DNA from: Deltaproteobacteria bacterium
GTDB lineage: Bacteria > Myxococcota_A > UBA9042 > DTJE01
Reading direction: 5' to 3'
Assembly (NCBI GenBank): GCA_029547805.1
Contig: JAKPOP010000010.1
Span: forward strand, 209,675-273,674
DNA: 64,000 nucleotides
Shown here piece after piece: positions 60,601 through 64,000 of this stretch; position 1 is the stretch's first letter; each line of letters begins with the position of its first letter. The position numbers and the translations under genes are program-made. A model generated the notes under the pieces. The model had not been told where the DNA came from. It did not search any database and saw nothing but the letters and a program-made list of their open reading frames with translations.

Positions 60601-60714
60601 GTGGGCATCATCTCCCACATGGAGGACCTGAAGGCCCTGTGTCCCCGGCGCCTCGAGGTCCGGTCCGGCCCCGCCGGCGCCACGGTCCGCTGGAGCCATG
60701 CCCCGGTCCCCTAG
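57643..60714 (+). CDS. sbcC: Exonuclease SbcCD subunit C (Rad50-like SMC ATPase)
   Basis: GPTGAGKT Walker A, IPQGQF Q-loop, CPVCGS zinc hook, LSGGE signature, LFLDEGFG, IISH. Confidence 0.96.
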   Translation: MIPIRLTVQAFGPYVQRQVVDFGPARDAGVFLVHGPTGAGKTTLFDAICYALYGQSSGAERTDQQMRSQLAPSTLRTEVELEFALGEWHYRCWRSPTWDRPALRGQGTTKAKAEAHLHRRPAGGTGEWSLLQTGDGKVTEAIQAVLGFTAEEFRQVILIPQGQFRSLLVAEVKDREHILGNLFNTALYRRIEEELKAETARRQTEFRTLEERHQTLLGTGDVASLEDLEQRIRQRQVELETMQAGVKQRRDSLQSARAAAEEGRRVRGIFEEARRARRRLEDLEQRREEIGSQKALLERARRALTLNDLADGLHRLRQQAEQRREDLSRANRDLEEARLALDLARDGLERQRANVPETEAMERALVELKEMGPRLQALEQAEGEVQAAEERLTAAEERLRAAREGLEALEQEMRGLDRTIEALDPLAEDKARRGSIRDQQVQQRNLRRRLGELQDQHRTLEKRLQRQADQERMASAGLEQARRTLEEALEVQRREMAAVLAARLVPGDPCPVCGSTSHPAPAPIRENLPDGALLDRLRQEADAAAETWKVASDEMLRIQEQWKALGQRIEEMVQDLGEAAGASLEELEARCQEAEQQVREAEEAARRLAEARTRRREAETRLEQGREVLEAIQGQVQEARSARDRAAALRQERQAGLPPGRDRGTWEQQVAESRAALAARKQALEKAEQSFREASARWTGAEARQTAAATESDRTASELEEMDRRFQERLREQGFMTPEEWSAARLAPDGLAALEEQIQGWVRDVVQAQGDVDRLEAGVAGLQEPDVAALEAAEAEALAGLEAAQAAAAQAVADQERDQDLATRLRQVQSEQKAIEERLRGMERLSGVARGENPVKLSFHDFVLGLLLDQVLEAANLRLKVMSRGRFQLFRRRVPADRRKREGLSLDVEDGYSGSLRAVHTLSGGESFQAALALSLGLADVVQQRAGGIRLETLFLDEGFGNLDAEAREEAWNHLAEMSGREGGRLVGIISHMEDLKALCPRRLEVRSGPAGATVRWSHAPVP

Positions 60715-60891
60715 CCCTCTTCCCGGGGATCGGGGGCCTCGGCATCGGTGGCCCCACGCCCATGGGCATCATCGCCCCCGCGTATCGGTCTCATGACCGG
60801 ACGGTCGCCCCATCGCGGATCGCTGCGATCGTCTCGGCCGCCGAGATTGCGGGATCCGTGCGCGTCCCGGACCCCAACGCCTTGCCCCTCG

Positions 60892-62748
60892 TCAGAGGCA
60901 CGGGCAGGTGCAGGCCTGCACCTCGATGGTGGCCGTGGCGCCCTCCTCCGTCAGGACGACGATCGCCCCGCTGGCATGGTCGCCCGAGAAGGCGAGATCG
61001 ATCTCGGCCCCGTAGATGTCCAACTCCCGGCCGTCCGGAGCCGTGTAGCGGCTGCAGCAGAAGCCCGTCAGTTCCGGGTCGTGGACATACGTGCCGAAGA
61101 CCCGATCGCGAGTGACCTGAAAGGTCGTCTCGCGGGGCTTGCCCCCGGAGAAGGTCACGCCGAAATCGATCTCCTCGTTGGTCGTCGGGTTGCGGCCGGA
61201 CAGCGAGAACTGGCCGAGCGTGGTCGCGCTGCTCCACATGATCATGAGCTCGCCCAGCCAGGCGCTGCCCACTTGCGGGGTCTCGCAGTAGTCGCACAGC
61301 GCCTTGACCGGGCAGGAGTTGAGCTCGGCCGGCTCCTCGGCCGGGCAGTCCACAGGGCACGTCCCGTGATCCTCGCCCTCCGAGGTCTCGCACTCGCCGT
61401 TGCCACAAGGGTCGATCCGGATGATCAGGCTGAGCGGGGCCTTGTACCCGCGCGACGGGTCCGCGACCTCGAAGTGGAACACGAACGTGTCGCCCGCATC
61501 GGACCTGTCGGGCGTGAACTCCAGCACCTGGATCAGCTCCGGGCTGGTCGGCGGGCGCATCACCGCCCGGCTGCCCACACGATCCGCCGCAAACGCGTCG
61601 GGCGTCGCGGTCACCGTCACCGTCATCGCCTCGCTCTGCACCGTCGCGTAGTCGCCGAAGCCGCCCGGGATGGGCAGCCCCGGGAGCCAGTTCGCCTCCC
61701 GGGCCGCGCCCACGATGCCGAATTGCAACTTCTCGTCGGTCGCCTTGACCTCGACCTCCTGGACGGCAACCGTGTTCGCGAACTGCATGTACGGGGTCAG
61801 CAGCGCGTCCGGGGCGCTGACGATGTTCACGCCGGCGGCCTCCCACGCGGCCTCCGCCAGCCCCACGCAAGACCAGCCGCCGAACCCGCCGGCGCCGCCA
61901 GTCCCGATCGGAAGCCCGCCCAGGATCCCGTATGGCTCGAACTGCTTCCCGGTGGCCCACGCGACCGCCGCCTTCCCGGCCTCCTCGGTCGCGCCCTCCC
62001 GCGGGCGCCGGGCACCGACGAAGACGTGCGCGCCGCACAGGCGCATGAAGTCCAGGTAGTCGTGGATGTCGACCCCGTCGATGCCGACGCCGCAAGTCGG
62101 CGTCTGCAGCGTGGACTCGATCACCTTCCCCTGGCCGAGGTACAGACCGACGTGCATCGGCTTGATCGTCGCGTGCGTGAAGCCCTCGGCACTCGTCAGG
62201 ACGTACAGGATGTCCCCGGGTCGCAGCGTGCTGGCGGGGAACTCGATCGCCGCCAGGAACTTCGGATAACTCAAGATATGGGCGACCGAGAAGTGCCGGA
62301 GCGGGAAGGTGATCCGCCCGCCCGACACGGTCACGTCCTCGGCCGTCACGAACGGATCGACCTCGGATCCGGCCCGGGGGAACGGGTTGGTCCGGCTGAC
62401 GACCTCCACAGCGAGCCCTTCCTGATCGTAATCGAGGTCGGAGACCCAGGTGACCGTGGCGGGCGTCGAGAGCGTCAGTCCGTCCGGCTCCAGCACGAGG
62501 ATTCCCACCGTTCCTTCGGCCCGGAAGACGTCACGACTCGCTGGACGCGATAGCGTGATGGTTGTGTCCTCGGCCAGCGCCCCGGCCGGGATCTGGATCC
62601 CGGTGCCATCGCCGAAGGCCACGGTGCCGCCGGTCGCGGCCGCGATGCGCCCAGACACGGCCTCGGTGCCCGCCCCGTCCTTCCCGTCCCCGCATCCGGC
62701 CGCCACGCACCCCAGGGCCCACAACGTGGCCATCCGTCCGTGCCTCAT
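60892..62748 (-). CDS. Lipoprotein with ZU5-like domain and permuted papain-like NlpC/P60 (YiiX/YaeF) domain
   Basis: Lipobox AAGC; GGTV...IQIPAGAL (ZU5-like); LRPGDIL...HVGLY...IES...PY...SCVGL with His before Cys; CGNGECE...TCPVDC Cys repeat. Confidence 0.75.
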   Translation of the reverse strand: MRHGRMATLWALGCVAAGCGDGKDGAGTEAVSGRIAAATGGTVAFGDGTGIQIPAGALAEDTTITLSRPASRDVFRAEGTVGILVLEPDGLTLSTPATVTWVSDLDYDQEGLAVEVVSRTNPFPRAGSEVDPFVTAEDVTVSGGRITFPLRHFSVAHILSYPKFLAAIEFPASTLRPGDILYVLTSAEGFTHATIKPMHVGLYLGQGKVIESTLQTPTCGVGIDGVDIHDYLDFMRLCGAHVFVGARRPREGATEEAGKAAVAWATGKQFEPYGILGGLPIGTGGAGGFGGWSCVGLAEAAWEAAGVNIVSAPDALLTPYMQFANTVAVQEVEVKATDEKLQFGIVGAAREANWLPGLPIPGGFGDYATVQSEAMTVTVTATPDAFAADRVGSRAVMRPPTSPELIQVLEFTPDRSDAGDTFVFHFEVADPSRGYKAPLSLIIRIDPCGNGECETSEGEDHGTCPVDCPAEEPAELNSCPVKALCDYCETPQVGSAWLGELMIMWSSATTLGQFSLSGRNPTTNEEIDFGVTFSGGKPRETTFQVTRDRVFGTYVHDPELTGFCCSRYTAPDGRELDIYGAEIDLAFSGDHASGAIVVLTEEGATATIEVQACTCPCL

Positions 62749-62941
62749 GGGCCCTCCTCGCGATGGCATCCCGCCGCACTGTCGGCTCGACCGCACCAGT
62801 CTCCACGAGGTCCGGGCAGGAGTCAATCGCGGCAGTCAGGGCGGCATCCGCGGCGACCGCTGCCGGGTCAGTGGCGGACCGGCGAGCCCCCGCGGAGCAC
62901 GGCAACGGATGGCCCCTCATGCAGCCTGGAGCACCGCGGCC

Positions 62942-62969
62942 TTGACTCTCGGATAGGACTAGTCCTTAT
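62942..62969 (+). promoter_or_regulatory. Candidate -35 element plus palindromic operator between divergent lipoprotein genes
   Basis: TTGACT followed by the perfect palindrome AGGACTAGTCCT (62955-62966) in an AT-rich patch. Confidence 0.5.
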
Positions 62970-63000
62970 TTGGTAGTGCAACCTGACGGGAGCCCCTGTC

Positions 63001-64000
63001 ATGACGACGCTTCGCACGCTGTTGCCCGCGCTGCTGATGACCCTCCCCGTGGCCGCCTGCGGGGACGGAAGCGACTCGACGACCACCGACACATCCGTGT
63101 TCCAGGTCACCTGGGCCGACAACGCCCGGCTGGTCTCCGAGACCGATGGCAAGGCCCACCTGAAGGGCAACGCCCCCGGCCCCGACACGCTGGAGTACCG
63201 CTTCGACGGTGGCGCCACGGCCATCGAGGCCCTGCAGCCGGGGCAGGTGGCGGTGCTGGCCGGCATCGCCTACCGCAAGGTCGTGGAGGTCCGTCGGGAG
63301 GGCGATGACATCGTGCTGGCCACCGCTCGCACAACGCTGCCCGAGGCCATTCGGGACGGCACGATGGAGTGGAACCTGCCGGTGGACTTCGCCCGGGCGG
63401 CACAGTCGGGCGCCCTTCGGGTCACCTACGGCGACGCGGAACTGCACCGGGTCTCGTCGGCGCTGGAGGGAGGCATCTCGTGGGAGGGGGAGCTGGAGGG
63501 CTGGAATCTGGCGGTCCGGCTGGTGCCCTCGACGGGGCGCCTGGACGTGGAGGCCACCGCGAAGAAGAAGGTCCTGGGCGAGGACCGCATCGGCCTCAAT
63601 GCCACGGGTCACGTCGAGGGGCTGCGCCTGTCGGGGCGGGTCGGCATCGCGGGCGGCGTCACCGAGACCTTCCAGGCGGCGGCCCAGGACGTCCGTGGGC
63701 AGCTGCACGTGAAGGCGGCCGCCTTCAACGCCGGCGCCAGCCAGGAACTGCTGCGCGTGCCGCTGGGCATCGACGTGCCGGTCGAGATCGGGCCGGTGCC
63801 GCTGATCGTGAAGATCAAGGCCCACGTGAACGTCACGGCGGAGCTGGCCCTGAACGACAGCGAGGCCGACGCCGAGGTGGACTTCGCCTTCGACGCGCAT
63901 CAGGGCATCCGGCTGGCGGGGTCGTCCATCGCCCCCGACGCGAATCTGGACTCTTTCAGCGCCGAGAACATCCTGGGTGGCGCGGCGGACTACGTGGCGG
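63001..64000 (+). CDS. Hypothetical beta-rich lipoprotein (runs off window end)
   Basis: Manual translation MTTLRTLLPALLMTLPVAACGDGSDS..., lipobox VAAC, open to 64000; absent from the ORF track. Confidence 0.8.
   Translation, partial: MTTLRTLLPALLMTLPVAACGDGSDSTTTDTSVFQVTWADNARLVSETDGKAHLKGNAPGPDTLEYRFDGGATAIEALQPGQVAVLAGIAYRKVVEVRREGDDIVLATARTTLPEAIRDGTMEWNLPVDFARAAQSGALRVTYGDAELHRVSSALEGGISWEGELEGWNLAVRLVPSTGRLDVEATAKKKVLGEDRIGLNATGHVEGLRLSGRVGIAGGVTETFQAAAQDVRGQLHVKAAAFNAGASQELLRVPLGIDVPVEIGPVPLIVKIKAHVNVTAELALNDSEADAEVDFAFDAHQGIRLAGSSIAPDANLDSFSAENILGGAADYVA

Noticed and set aside
57547-60699. Long antisense ORFs (e.g. 1050 aa opposite sbcC, 881 aa opposite the big lipoprotein, 962 aa at 50125-53013)
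   Set aside because: Shadow ORFs expected in high-GC coding DNA; they have no motifs, and the opposite strand has clear family signatures.

Overview
High-GC chromosomal window. Gene content suggests an anaerobic or facultative Myxococcota/deltaproteobacterium (inference): Myxococcus-type pilA with a sigma-54 promoter, PEGA/TPR and FGE-domain proteins, Cys/Asp-rich lipoproteins, a Ser/Thr kinase and PP2C, korDABC, an ADP-forming acyl-CoA synthetase, and an Hmc-like membrane redox module. About 53 CDS, mostly housekeeping (purM, purN, ligA, serB, gap, dacB, pssA, sbcDC). I saw no rRNA, tRNA, CRISPR array or transposase. The most notable observations are: (1) a non-coding array of three ~310-bp hairpin-rich repeats plus a 15-bp G-rich minisatellite directly upstream of sbcDC, inside a multi-kb zone where synonymous codons on both strands favour G on the + strand; (2) pilA, carrying N-glycosylation sequons, divergent from an AglB/STT3-like oligosaccharyltransferase that has a degenerate WWDYG motif and is followed by GH4, aminotransferase and dehydrogenase genes; (3) a reduced Hmc-like complex with a NrfD-hexaheme fusion and a NarI-like subunit lacking both ligands of one heme; (4) a PqqD/RRE-like domain fused to a FliB/YkgJ Fe-S domain. 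All family calls come from motif recognition by eye; no database searches were run.
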